The notes beneath the pieces were generated by a model. The model had not been told where the DNA came from, did no database searches, and worked only from the letters and a program-made list of their open reading frames with translations. DNA of 64,000 nucleotides from Agarilytica sp. (GTDB taxonomy: Bacteria; Pseudomonadota; Gammaproteobacteria; Pseudomonadales; Cellvibrionaceae): the NCBI GenBank assembly GCA_045430285.1, contig JAILXV010000001.1, forward strand, positions 236,387-300,386, in the 5' to 3' direction. Position 1 is the stretch's first letter, and each line of letters starts with the position of its first letter. Below are positions 18,803 through 28,076 of the stretch, piece by piece. Position numbers and translations under genes: made by a program.

Positions 18803-19384
18803 ATGAAGTGGCACCGAGTTTCAAAATATTTCGTTCTGGCTATTTTGTTTATCAATACATGGCTAATGTCAGCGTATGTGGCTGCCGATGCCCCTGAGAC
18901 CTTGAGTGTACGTATGCGTTCTATTTTGGATGCACATGTGGAATTGGTTAAGCAGTGGGCTACGCATCCCACACTTGTTAATGAGGTGGTTAAACATAAC
19001 TACGTTAAGCAAAACCTCGACGACATTAAACAGATTGATCTGCTCTGGATTGAAGGCAAAAAAGAGGCGTTTGCCCGCGCCTTACAAGAAAATAAGTCGG
19101 GACGTTTTCTTAAAAAGCGCGTGTTAAATAACCGTTTATATACGGAAGCGTTTGTGTGTGATAACCAAGGGGCCGTGGTGGGGGAGTACCCCATGACATC
19201 GGATTATTGGCAAGGCGACGAAGACAAGTTTTTGAAAAGCTTTAATGGCGGTAAGGGGCAAGTGTATATCGGACCCATTGAGCTGGACGAAAGCTCAGAT
19301 GAAATATCCGTGCAAATCTCTGTGCCGGTGAGCAGCCAAGGTGAGGCCGTGGGTGTGTTGGTTGTGGGTTTAAAAAATATCTAA
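18803..19384 (+). CDS. Secreted stand-alone PDC/Cache sensor-domain protein
   Basis: Hydrophobic N-terminus; EAFVCDNQG..TSDYWQGDEDKF..IELDESS..QISVPV..G.AVGVLVVG; no output domain. Start uncertain (18779 TTG or 18803 ATG). Confidence 0.75.
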   Translation: MKWHRVSKYFVLAILFINTWLMSAYVAADAPETLSVRMRSILDAHVELVKQWATHPTLVNEVVKHNYVKQNLDDIKQIDLLWIEGKKEAFARALQENKSGRFLKKRVLNNRLYTEAFVCDNQGAVVGEYPMTSDYWQGDEDKFLKSFNGGKGQVYIGPIELDESSDEISVQISVPVSSQGEAVGVLVVGLKNI

Positions 19385-19886
19385 AGCATTTAGTGCAAAT
19401 CTATACTGAAGGGTACTGGATTAAAACGGGTAACTTTCAGGTCTCGTCTGAACTACTACATCTGAGCACTTCAATTCATGTTATACCTAAACTTTTGTGT
19501 GACGATGGTGTTACGCCTTCCTCTTTTGTTTTGATCTCGTGTTAATTTTTCACTTTATCTTCACCGCGGTCACCTTATAATGCGCCCGTATATTTGCGGA
19601 AGGTCAGCGTTACATTGTTATAAAGCATCATGATTTAGAATGCTAGAAAACAGTTGGCGTCAAAAACATCAAAATCTTCCTTTGACAATATTTATATCCA
19701 TTTCGTAACCATAATCGGCATCACTTATCATCGGAATACGATTACACTGCGCTCCGTGAATTATGCGCCATTGTAGTCGAATGTGTATGTGCGCTTTGGT
19801 GTGATGGATCATAAGCACGATATAACAACAATCAGAAAGCAACAAACTATACAAAAAATGGAATATGGATTTTGGAGTGTAATAAA

Positions 19887-22685
19887 ATGAAAAATACGTT
19901 GTCGTCACGTATCCCCAGTCTCGTACTATTGAGCGCTTTGTGCTCTGGTGAGCTGTTTGCCGAAAATAGCGCCTCAGAGAAGAGCCTAGCGAATAAACCA
20001 GAAAATAAACAAGATAAAATTACCGAAGAAGTGTATGTGACAGGGTCTCGCAACCCCTTGTCTAATGCTTCATCTTCATTTCCCTTGTTAACTATTGATT
20101 CGCAGGATTTGAGTCTTTCATCCAAGCCTGTCTTGTCGGACGTACTAAACCGCTTACCTTTAGCGGGTACCCCCTTAACTTCACAAACAACGACCAATTT
20201 TGGGTTCTTTGCGCCTGGCATCTCCTCCGTTGATCTACGTAATTTATCTCCAACAAGAACCTTGGTATTGGTGAATGGCCGCCGCTATGTCGGTGGCGAT
20301 AGTGAACGCCCGAATGTTGTTGATCTGAATAGTATTCCATCCGCAATGGTCGAACGTATTGAGGTCGTGACTGGCGGTGTCTCTGCGGTATATGGTTCAG
20401 AAGCCGTTGCAGGGGTAATCAATATCATCACCAAAAAAGATTTTAATGGGACGCATATAGACGCGCAGTGGGGGCAGTCATCCGAGGGCGATGGCGACGA
20501 GAAAAGCGTATCGCTGACGAATGGTTTTGGCTTTAATGAAAACGCCGGTCATGTGACATTTAACTTGGGGTATACCGAATTGGGCGAAGTGTATTCCAGG
20601 GATCGTGCATTTTCTGAGAATGATGAATTTCTTGGCGATTTCCAAGATTACAGCGTGTACACACCGCAAGGTACGATTACGGCGGACAATGCGAATTTTT
20701 TTACAGCGGGTGATGATGGTTTATGGACCGCGCCTTTCGATGTTGCAAGCGATGGTTTTAATCGCGCTGACTATAGATTGTTGAGCGTACCCCTTACGCG
20801 TGAAAGTTTTGCATTGAATGCAGATTATACATTTAGTGATAAGCTCAATAGTTTTGTAGAGCTAGGTTACACATCCACAGATTCTTTTTCGCAAACTGAA
20901 CCCACTGGCGCCGGTGCAGTATTCGGGCATTTCATCTTGTCTGACCACCCGAGTATTCCTGCCGAAGCGTTAACAACGTTAACGGGTTTTTATGGCGAGT
21001 TACCAGGGATTGTCAGTTTTACTCGGCGCCTTCCTGAGCTTGGTTCAATACGCGCCGAGCAGGAACGCACGACACAGCGTATCGCTTTTGGTTTTGATGG
21101 CGATATTAAGGGCTGGCTCTGGGATGCCTATTACCAATGGGGGCAGAATGAACGCAAGCAAACAACTCAAGGCAATTACAATATTCTATCTTTTCAAAAT
21201 GCGTTAGATATCGAAGCGGATCCCGAAAATAATGGCGGGTTTCGTTGTGTTGATGTTCAGGCGAGGGCAGAAGGGTGTCTGCCTATCGATGTATTCAGTG
21301 CTGATGGTATCAGCGATGCGGCGATAAACTATGTTGCTGTTCCGTCATTCGATTCCTCCACTATTGAACAAGAAGTTTTTTCGATGACTTTGCGCGGTCA
21401 ACTCGAGAATATATTACCAGCGGGTAATATCGGAGTGGCGACGGGGTTTGAATGGCGGCAAGAATCACTTAACACAAAAGCTGATGAATTTGCGTTGGCG
21501 GGTGTTAGTTCTTCAAATGCGATTGCTGCAGAAATAGATGATGATTATGAGGTGAGTGAAGTATACGCCGAGTTAAAATTGCCTATTCTAGCGAATACAG
21601 CAGGCGTTAAATATTTTGGTGCTGACTTAGCGTACCGGTATGCGGATTATACGACCCTTGGTACGCATGGTAGTTGGCAGTTTGGTTTAAACCTCGCTTT
21701 AGATAAAGCCTTTTCTTTTAGATCGATGGTGTCTGAATCCGTACGTGCGCCCAATATCGTAGAATTATATGACCCAGGCGTAATAACCGGCATAGAATTT
21801 TTTGACCCTTGTGAAGTTGGCGGTGTTGGTAGCACCGAAGCAAATTGTAGTAGCCTTGGAATACCTACGGACTATGTGTCGGGCCCATTCGGTGGCTTTT
21901 CTGCGGGCTTAGTTTCTGGGAATGAAGACTTAGAGGAAGAGACTGCCGATACAATGAGCGTTGGGGTTTCATTTACCCCCATTGAGACCTTATCTGTGTC
22001 GTTTGATTACTTTGATATTTCGATCGATAACGCCATTGAGCAAGTAAATCCACAGATTAAACTTAATCAATGCTATGCCGCAGATGACTTCCCTAATAAC
22101 GAATCATGTGTCGGTATTGCTCGAGATGGCGCCGAGTCTAATTATTTGATCTCACGTTTGGATATTGATCTACAAAACATTGGGTCGCTAGAAACGAAAG
22201 GCTGGGACTTGGCGGTTAACTACAATACAGATGCGTTTGGTGGTAGCTTGGCGATGAATGTATTGGTAACACGTACTATTGATTGGGAGTCAACCATTTA
22301 TGATGAGCCCTTCACTAAGCTAGAAGAGCCTGGTTATCAAAAGTGGAAAGCAAATACGCAGCTAGCCTATCGTAAAGATGCAGTGACCTTCACCTGGGCA
22401 ACTCGTTATCTTGGAAGTGGCGTTGTAGATAATACCTTTGATACAAGTATTTGGCCTGCGAACGAAGATTTACCTTCGGTGTGGTATCACGACTATAACG
22501 TTCGGTTTAACCTAAAAGACCAAGCCAGTTATACCTTTATCGTCGGCCTTAATAACGCAACAGATAAAAAACCACCTTATATTCCTTCGCCTTCGTTTAA
22601 CAATATTGCCGGTACGAATACTGCGGCTGGTGTTTATGATGTTATCGGTCGGTTTTTCTATGTGGGTGCCGAGGTAAGCTTTTAG
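19887..22685 (+). CDS. TonB-dependent receptor
   Basis: EEVYVTGSR TonB box, DLRNL..RTLVLVNGRR plug, VYGSEAVAGVINII, terminal GRFFYVGAEVSF; GGAG RBS before ATG 19887. Confidence 0.93.
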   Translation: MKNTLSSRIPSLVLLSALCSGELFAENSASEKSLANKPENKQDKITEEVYVTGSRNPLSNASSSFPLLTIDSQDLSLSSKPVLSDVLNRLPLAGTPLTSQTTTNFGFFAPGISSVDLRNLSPTRTLVLVNGRRYVGGDSERPNVVDLNSIPSAMVERIEVVTGGVSAVYGSEAVAGVINIITKKDFNGTHIDAQWGQSSEGDGDEKSVSLTNGFGFNENAGHVTFNLGYTELGEVYSRDRAFSENDEFLGDFQDYSVYTPQGTITADNANFFTAGDDGLWTAPFDVASDGFNRADYRLLSVPLTRESFALNADYTFSDKLNSFVELGYTSTDSFSQTEPTGAGAVFGHFILSDHPSIPAEALTTLTGFYGELPGIVSFTRRLPELGSIRAEQERTTQRIAFGFDGDIKGWLWDAYYQWGQNERKQTTQGNYNILSFQNALDIEADPENNGGFRCVDVQARAEGCLPIDVFSADGISDAAINYVAVPSFDSSTIEQEVFSMTLRGQLENILPAGNIGVATGFEWRQESLNTKADEFALAGVSSSNAIAAEIDDDYEVSEVYAELKLPILANTAGVKYFGADLAYRYADYTTLGTHGSWQFGLNLALDKAFSFRSMVSESVRAPNIVELYDPGVITGIEFFDPCEVGGVGSTEANCSSLGIPTDYVSGPFGGFSAGLVSGNEDLEEETADTMSVGVSFTPIETLSVSFDYFDISIDNAIEQVNPQIKLNQCYAADDFPNNESCVGIARDGAESNYLISRLDIDLQNIGSLETKGWDLAVNYNTDAFGGSLAMNVLVTRTIDWESTIYDEPFTKLEEPGYQKWKANTQLAYRKDAVTFTWATRYLGSGVVDNTFDTSIWPANEDLPSVWYHDYNVRFNLKDQASYTFIVGLNNATDKKPPYIPSPSFNNIAGTNTAAGVYDVIGRFFYVGAEVSF

Positions 22686-22758
22686 GCGTATTTGAAATCC
22701 TGAAAGGGCGTTCTTTTAATGTTTTCCCAATTAAGCTATCAGGAAAATTGATTATAAA

Positions 22759-22796
22759 AAGCTTACCCACGCACCTGGTGGTACGTGGGTAAGCTT
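22759..22796 (-). terminator. Terminator between convergent TBDR and second phaZ
   Basis: 13-bp perfect stem AAGCTTACCCACG/CGTGGGTAAGCTT; T run on the minus strand. Confidence 0.8.
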
Positions 22797-22855
22797 GTAT
22801 AAAATTATATTCCAATCTTAGTGAGTGTACTTAAAAGTGTAAGTAAAGCTGTAAG

Positions 22856-24106
22856 CTAAGTACACGGCCCTGCAAAATAAACATCTGGGCCAACGTGTAT
22901 AGAGTGTCTTACGGTTGTGTTTGTAAAGAAGCTATAAAACCCCAAGTATTGATCTGAACCGTTTGCGTAGACTAATCCAAAATTAACATAAGCTCTGTCT
23001 TGCATAACATGAATGACATTGCTGCTAGTGAAATCTTCACAAGGTTCGGGGTAGGGGGTTATGACCGGTGTTGGAGTTGGGGTAGGAGTAGTGGTTGGTT
23101 CTGGTGTTACAATTGGTCCGTTCACTCGGCGGTTATTATCAACAAAAAACTGACTGATATAGTCAGGATAGTTAATATGAGTGTGATCAATGTAGTTTGT
23201 GCTGCCACTTGATCCTTGCCCTGCGGGCCACGCATGTCCCATTCCATTTACCATAACTTTTGATATACGTGGGCCAAAGCTATCACAGTAGGTTGTTACA
23301 TCTCCGTTACCTGGTAAGGTGCTAACACCGCACTCCGTTGTTTCTCCTGTGGGGTCACCCGCGTAAGCTGCTCTGAAAATTTGAGTGTTACGTTCTGCGT
23401 GTGAGGGTGAAATAATATTATCGTTTGTACCGTGTACATTGTTATACACTTGTGAATAAAGTGAATCTTGGAACGGCCCTGCGAGGGTATAGCAATTCTC
23501 TGCGCCTGGAACGATTTGGATGATTGGGTTAGCGAGGTCTGTGCCGTCTGAGCCAGGTGCAGGTCCTGCGTTGATCCCGACTCCGGAAAACACATCGGGA
23601 GCCAAACAAGCCATCTGGTTCGCCATGCCAGCGCCGGACGATAAGCCAGTAATGTATACCTGATTAGCATCGATGTTCAGTGATATATCCGCAAGTAAAG
23701 CATTTACCATATCAATAAGGTATTTTGCATCAGTTTTATTTCTGTCCGCATCCATACCCAAATGAAAATTCCAGCAGCCTGATAGCGTGCCGTATAAACC
23801 TTCTTTTGACGCAAGGGGGAGAGCGACCACCATTCCGTGTTCGTCTGCAGGCGCTTGCCAGTTTGCGCCGCTTTTAAAGTCGTTGTGTGTCTGTCCACAG
23901 CCATGAAGGCTAACCATTAAGCCTCTTTTATAATCCTGCGCCGGTTCAGTATTGGGAACATAAACGTGGGCTCTAAGCTTGCCGCCCGCTACTTGTTCAG
24001 TGCGCCAGCTACCGGCGGAAGCGATATGAGACATGAAGGTCATGCAGGATATCAAAAATATAATTTTGTATATTAGAAAGGTAACGTGCGGGGTGTTTTT
24101 ATTCAT
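22856..24106 (-). CDS. phaZ: Extracellular PHB depolymerase (catalytic domain, Pro/Thr linker, C-terminal binding domain)
   Basis: Signal peptide ending ASA; LHGC, GLSSG, HGTND, GMGHAWP; linker TPEPTTTPTPTPTP; SBD SSNVIHVMQDRA..GSDQYLG..YFAGPC. Confidence 0.9.
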   Translation of the reverse strand: MNKNTPHVTFLIYKIIFLISCMTFMSHIASAGSWRTEQVAGGKLRAHVYVPNTEPAQDYKRGLMVSLHGCGQTHNDFKSGANWQAPADEHGMVVALPLASKEGLYGTLSGCWNFHLGMDADRNKTDAKYLIDMVNALLADISLNIDANQVYITGLSSGAGMANQMACLAPDVFSGVGINAGPAPGSDGTDLANPIIQIVPGAENCYTLAGPFQDSLYSQVYNNVHGTNDNIISPSHAERNTQIFRAAYAGDPTGETTECGVSTLPGNGDVTTYCDSFGPRISKVMVNGMGHAWPAGQGSSGSTNYIDHTHINYPDYISQFFVDNNRRVNGPIVTPEPTTTPTPTPTPVITPYPEPCEDFTSSNVIHVMQDRAYVNFGLVYANGSDQYLGFYSFFTNTTVRHSIHVGPDVYFAGPCT

Positions 24107-24425
24107 TATTATCATCCTTTGTTAGCGCGATTTTTATTGGGAAATTGTTTGCGTGAGAGGATGGATTATTTGACTAAAATATAAGTAAATCTAGCTCCGT
24201 TTGCGACATATAAACCGTGGGTTAATAGAAGGTTCTCGTTATGTGAAATACTCGTGCTATTGGTCTTTGATGGGAGACTGGCTTAGAGAGCCTGAGGGGC
24301 GGTTGTCTTTTTACCGTTTTTAGTTTTTTGATGACAGCTTGTCTCTCGTAAAGTCATGTTAGCGAGACAAGCACGTGGCTATGCACATTTCTGTGTAGAT
24401 CTTCGAAGGCCTGTTGATAACGCTT

Positions 24426-25964
24426 TTAGGGGTGCCACCCAAAAAACCTCAAAAACCACAACATATCACTGCCGTACCAATTGATCCCGTAGGTGAGCGG
24501 ACTCATCATTAGAAAACCGGAGACTAAGATCAATAAATAACTTCGTCGTACGTATTTTTGAAGCGGAATTTTATCGAGTAAATAAGCGGTTAATAACATA
24601 GAAAAGCACAAGCTTGTGAGGTAGTGATACATGAACATTACACGCGTCACGATCATAAATGGCAGTAAGTTCGCGCAGGCGCCGACGGTCAAAATCCAAA
24701 AAGCTTCAGTGTTGCGTAATGCCCTAAACCACAGTTGAGAGAGGAGTAAGCCAATTACTGCAAGTGTACATAACCACCATACAGCAGGATTACCGATGGA
24801 ATAGATACGAGCGCCGTCGTTGTACCAATAATAAAGCGGTTTATGCATGAGGGGCCACATATACCAAGGGCTGGAATCTGGATGGGTTTGAGTTAAACCC
24901 TGATTGGTGGTGTACATGGTTCGGTTGAGTTCAACTAACTTCTGGAAAAAGTTAGGTGCGGTGAATGGCTCATTGTATTCAATTTTACAAACAGTCTCTT
25001 CGGCGGGTTTTACTTCTGTATTCGGCATGCCATATCGAAGGGTATGTACATATACAGAGGGACAATGAAAATTATATACAGTGGTAGTTGCCCCCTCGTA
25101 TTCGCTGCCTATTAAGGTTGAGCGAAAAGCTGGGGTCATAAATTGGTCGCCCTGATGATGAGAAATAGGCAGCAAGGCGAAGTGCGCGTAAAAAACGGCC
25201 ATATAGGTCACGATGGATATGGCGAGGAATGCGCTGCCTTTATAGAAGGGCAGTACAACCCAGCCCTGTTTCCAAAGTTGTCGAATCCAATCAATGATTA
25301 TGGTGAGGCCAATGAGCCCCAAAAAAGAAACGCCAATCCATTTAATCGAAAAGCTACAGCCGGCAAAAATAGCCGATAAACACCACAGCGTGATATTGTT
25401 GGATTTTCTCGCAATTAAAAATAAGTAGAGGCTTAAAAAACCAAAGCCGAGCAGCATGGCATCTAATAGAATAAGGCGTGATTGAATTAGCAGGGCGTTA
25501 TCGAAGATGGCGATTGCCCCCGCCACAAAGGCGGACTTAACTCCAATATTTAGTTGCCGAGCGATTAAGAATAATAGTACGGGGAGCGCCGAACCAAATA
25601 TGGCGGGTAGAGCCCGCATTGCGATATAGCTAGTATTTGGATAGGGCGTGCTAATGGTCCTTACGACATCTTCCGGCGCGATGCCGCCAAATGGCCATGC
25701 GCTGAGCGCAATAAGCAGTTTACCTAGGGGCGGATGGATGTCGTAATAATATTGGCCGGTGTAATAGAAGCCAGCAAAATAATTAAAATGGACCTCGTCG
25801 AAAACGGCGGATACAGGGTGGTGTATCATTAAGAAGCGAGTGAGTAGCGCGGCTACGAATAAAATAATAACTGCGGTACGACCAGGGTGTTGGCCGATCC
25901 AGTCGCACACTGATTTCGATAGTGTGTTGTTTACAAGCGGCGAGATAAAAGCAGGTTTTTGCAT
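24426..25964 (-). CDS. Protein O-mannosyltransferase-like GT-C enzyme (GT39/PMT)
   Basis: VFDEVHF..YYDIHPPLGKLLI, DNALLIQSRLILLD, HP.SSPWYMWP, GNPAVWW, LLPF...RVMFMYHYL; many TM segments. Confidence 0.85.
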   Translation of the reverse strand: MQKPAFISPLVNNTLSKSVCDWIGQHPGRTAVIILFVAALLTRFLMIHHPVSAVFDEVHFNYFAGFYYTGQYYYDIHPPLGKLLIALSAWPFGGIAPEDVVRTISTPYPNTSYIAMRALPAIFGSALPVLLFLIARQLNIGVKSAFVAGAIAIFDNALLIQSRLILLDAMLLGFGFLSLYLFLIARKSNNITLWCLSAIFAGCSFSIKWIGVSFLGLIGLTIIIDWIRQLWKQGWVVLPFYKGSAFLAISIVTYMAVFYAHFALLPISHHQGDQFMTPAFRSTLIGSEYEGATTTVYNFHCPSVYVHTLRYGMPNTEVKPAEETVCKIEYNEPFTAPNFFQKLVELNRTMYTTNQGLTQTHPDSSPWYMWPLMHKPLYYWYNDGARIYSIGNPAVWWLCTLAVIGLLLSQLWFRALRNTEAFWILTVGACANLLPFMIVTRVMFMYHYLTSLCFSMLLTAYLLDKIPLQKYVRRSYLLILVSGFLMMSPLTYGINWYGSDMLWFLRFFGWHP

Positions 25965-26171
25965 AACACGGTGTGTCTTTCGACATTCCTTATAATAATT
26001 ATTAGCGTATTAAGTTGTTATGGTGAGGCTTGATCGGGGTGTTTGACATGGCGGTTTGTTCTAGTTTATTTTTCGCCAGACCAATGCTAACACCGACTAA
26101 ACCTGTGGCTGATGATAATGTTTGCCCATAATAATAAATTTTATACATAGGGGCCTCTCCAGGTTAAGACT

Positions 26172-28064
26172 ATGGAATATATCATACTTATTTATATCGT
26201 GTTGCTTACGGGCACGCAGTATGCGGCTGGTTATATTTTGACCCGACACGTCAGCCGGTGTGTGCCGGTCGCAGCCAAGGGAGAGGCGTTTGATTTGGCG
26301 GCTATGGTGCCCTTCTATTGGTTATTGGGTTTGCTTTTTCATATTGCTATTACGTTTTTTATAAAATGCCTTGGCGCAAATTGGTGGGTGGCGACTTTGT
26401 TACCACTGACGATTTTTATCCCAGGCTGGCGGTTCTTGGGTCCCTGTGCAAGCTTACTTTTTTCGTCGGTTAAGCATCTGCTTAGTATTCCGTTTTTAGT
26501 GTGGTTACTGGTTCATCTGTTTATTGGCAATAGCTTGTTTTCCGTGGATGATGGGATTTTTACACCCTGGGTTAATAATTACGGGGATCTTACTTTCCAC
26601 CTGGGGATGATCAATCATTTTACGTGGCAGGGCGATTTTCCTCCTGAATATCATATATATGCCGGTGAGACATTATCCTATCCATATTTTGTCAACGTAT
26701 GGTCGACGATGTTATGGCATCCAGCGGCCTCGTTTCTTCATACGCTTCCCGTTGTATTTGCTGCTCAATGGGTACTGATCTGGAGCGCAGCTTACGCATT
26801 TTTAACCTTTGGTCGCGCGCGTATTTTACCTTGGGTATTGCTGTTTGGTGGCGGCAGTTTGCTAGCTATCACTCAGCAGCCTGAAGTTTTTTCTTGGAGT
26901 TTGATCAACGAAGGATATCCCTGGACGACGTGGCTCAGCACCATCTGGGTGACACAACGCAGTGCATTGATGGGGATGGTGGTGTGCTTAGCGAGCGCAG
27001 CCCTGGTTCTGAATTTACCGCGTTTTACTCGTTTTGGCGCATTACACTGTGCGATTGCCGGACTGCTCTTAGGCTTATCACCGCTGGTACACACGCATTA
27101 TTTTATGGTGACCGCGCTTTTTTTAGGCGGGTTATTATTCGTCCAGGCAGGTAAGGCAATTTATTTGACATCAAAGAGCGCTGGCGCGCTTTCTTTTCGT
27201 GCGGCCGTGTCTTTAAATGAAAGTAAGAATTTTCTTCTGTTGTTTGTATTAACCTGCATTTCCATCGTGTTTTTCCCCCTGTTAATGGGTAAGTCAGGAA
27301 TGGCGAGCATAATGCTTGGCTGGACGGTACCTGTTAACACTATTGGCTGGGGTTCTGTATCGGCCAGTATCACGATGTGGGTAAAAAATGCTGCGCCCTG
27401 GTTTTTTGCGATGGGGTTTGTATGGGCGGTTGCGAAAACACATATTCAGTTCATGCTTTTGTTTAGCCTTTTTTTGCTGGGTAATATTTTAAAACTCGCA
27501 ACTTGGGATTGGGATCAACTAAAGTTTTTCTTGGCGGTATTTACGCTTTTTGTGGTGGTATGGAGTGATGCCTTTCGGCAGGTTTTATCCTGGAAACTAC
27601 GCGCACCACATTACGTATTGGCGATATTAATGATGCTTCCTGGGGTATACGAGGCCAAGCGCATATGGGAAAAACCACCGAACTACCAAGTTTATAATAT
27701 TCGTAAATTAGAACTTGCGGAGTTGATTCGTCGTAATACCTCGCCAAATGCGGTGATTGCAAGCCCTGCGGATCACAACAGCGCTGCGACATTAGGTGGG
27801 CGAACGTTGTTTTATGGCTACCCTGGAACGTTGGCAAGTCATAGTTTAGCGTATCAATCTCGGGAGTATATTCAGCTCAACCTGCACAATATCAGTCAAT
27901 GTAAAAGCCTTGGAGGCATTGCTCAACACTTATGTCCTACGCACGTGATTTGGGATGATGCGAGTAAGAAATACTGGCACCGAGTTGTGCCTGACGATAG
28001 GTTTAAAAAGATTGCTTCAACCCACGACGGGCAATTTGGTTTGTATGAAGTTGTTCAGGAATAG
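26172..28064 (+). CDS. Polytopic membrane protein, probable GT-C glycosyltransferase
   Basis: Many TM segments; first external loop NYGDLTFHL..FPPE..YAGETLSYPY; soluble C-tail GRTLFYGYPG..SH. Confidence 0.6.
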   Translation: MEYIILIYIVLLTGTQYAAGYILTRHVSRCVPVAAKGEAFDLAAMVPFYWLLGLLFHIAITFFIKCLGANWWVATLLPLTIFIPGWRFLGPCASLLFSSVKHLLSIPFLVWLLVHLFIGNSLFSVDDGIFTPWVNNYGDLTFHLGMINHFTWQGDFPPEYHIYAGETLSYPYFVNVWSTMLWHPAASFLHTLPVVFAAQWVLIWSAAYAFLTFGRARILPWVLLFGGGSLLAITQQPEVFSWSLINEGYPWTTWLSTIWVTQRSALMGMVVCLASAALVLNLPRFTRFGALHCAIAGLLLGLSPLVHTHYFMVTALFLGGLLFVQAGKAIYLTSKSAGALSFRAAVSLNESKNFLLLFVLTCISIVFFPLLMGKSGMASIMLGWTVPVNTIGWGSVSASITMWVKNAAPWFFAMGFVWAVAKTHIQFMLLFSLFLLGNILKLATWDWDQLKFFLAVFTLFVVVWSDAFRQVLSWKLRAPHYVLAILMMLPGVYEAKRIWEKPPNYQVYNIRKLELAELIRRNTSPNAVIASPADHNSAATLGGRTLFYGYPGTLASHSLAYQSREYIQLNLHNISQCKSLGGIAQHLCPTHVIWDDASKKYWHRVVPDDRFKKIASTHDGQFGLYEVVQE

Positions 28065-28076
28065 GGACGGGTAGGA

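Noticed and set aside
19682-19715. TTGACA plus CATAAT promoter for the TBDR
   Set aside because: The spacer is 22 nt, too long. A separate TATAAT-GCGCCC at 19576 has only a poor -35, so no promoter was called.
19385-19886. Cobalamin or TPP riboswitch in the long TBDR leader
   Set aside because: No conserved core motifs were recognised; an Rfam search would settle it.
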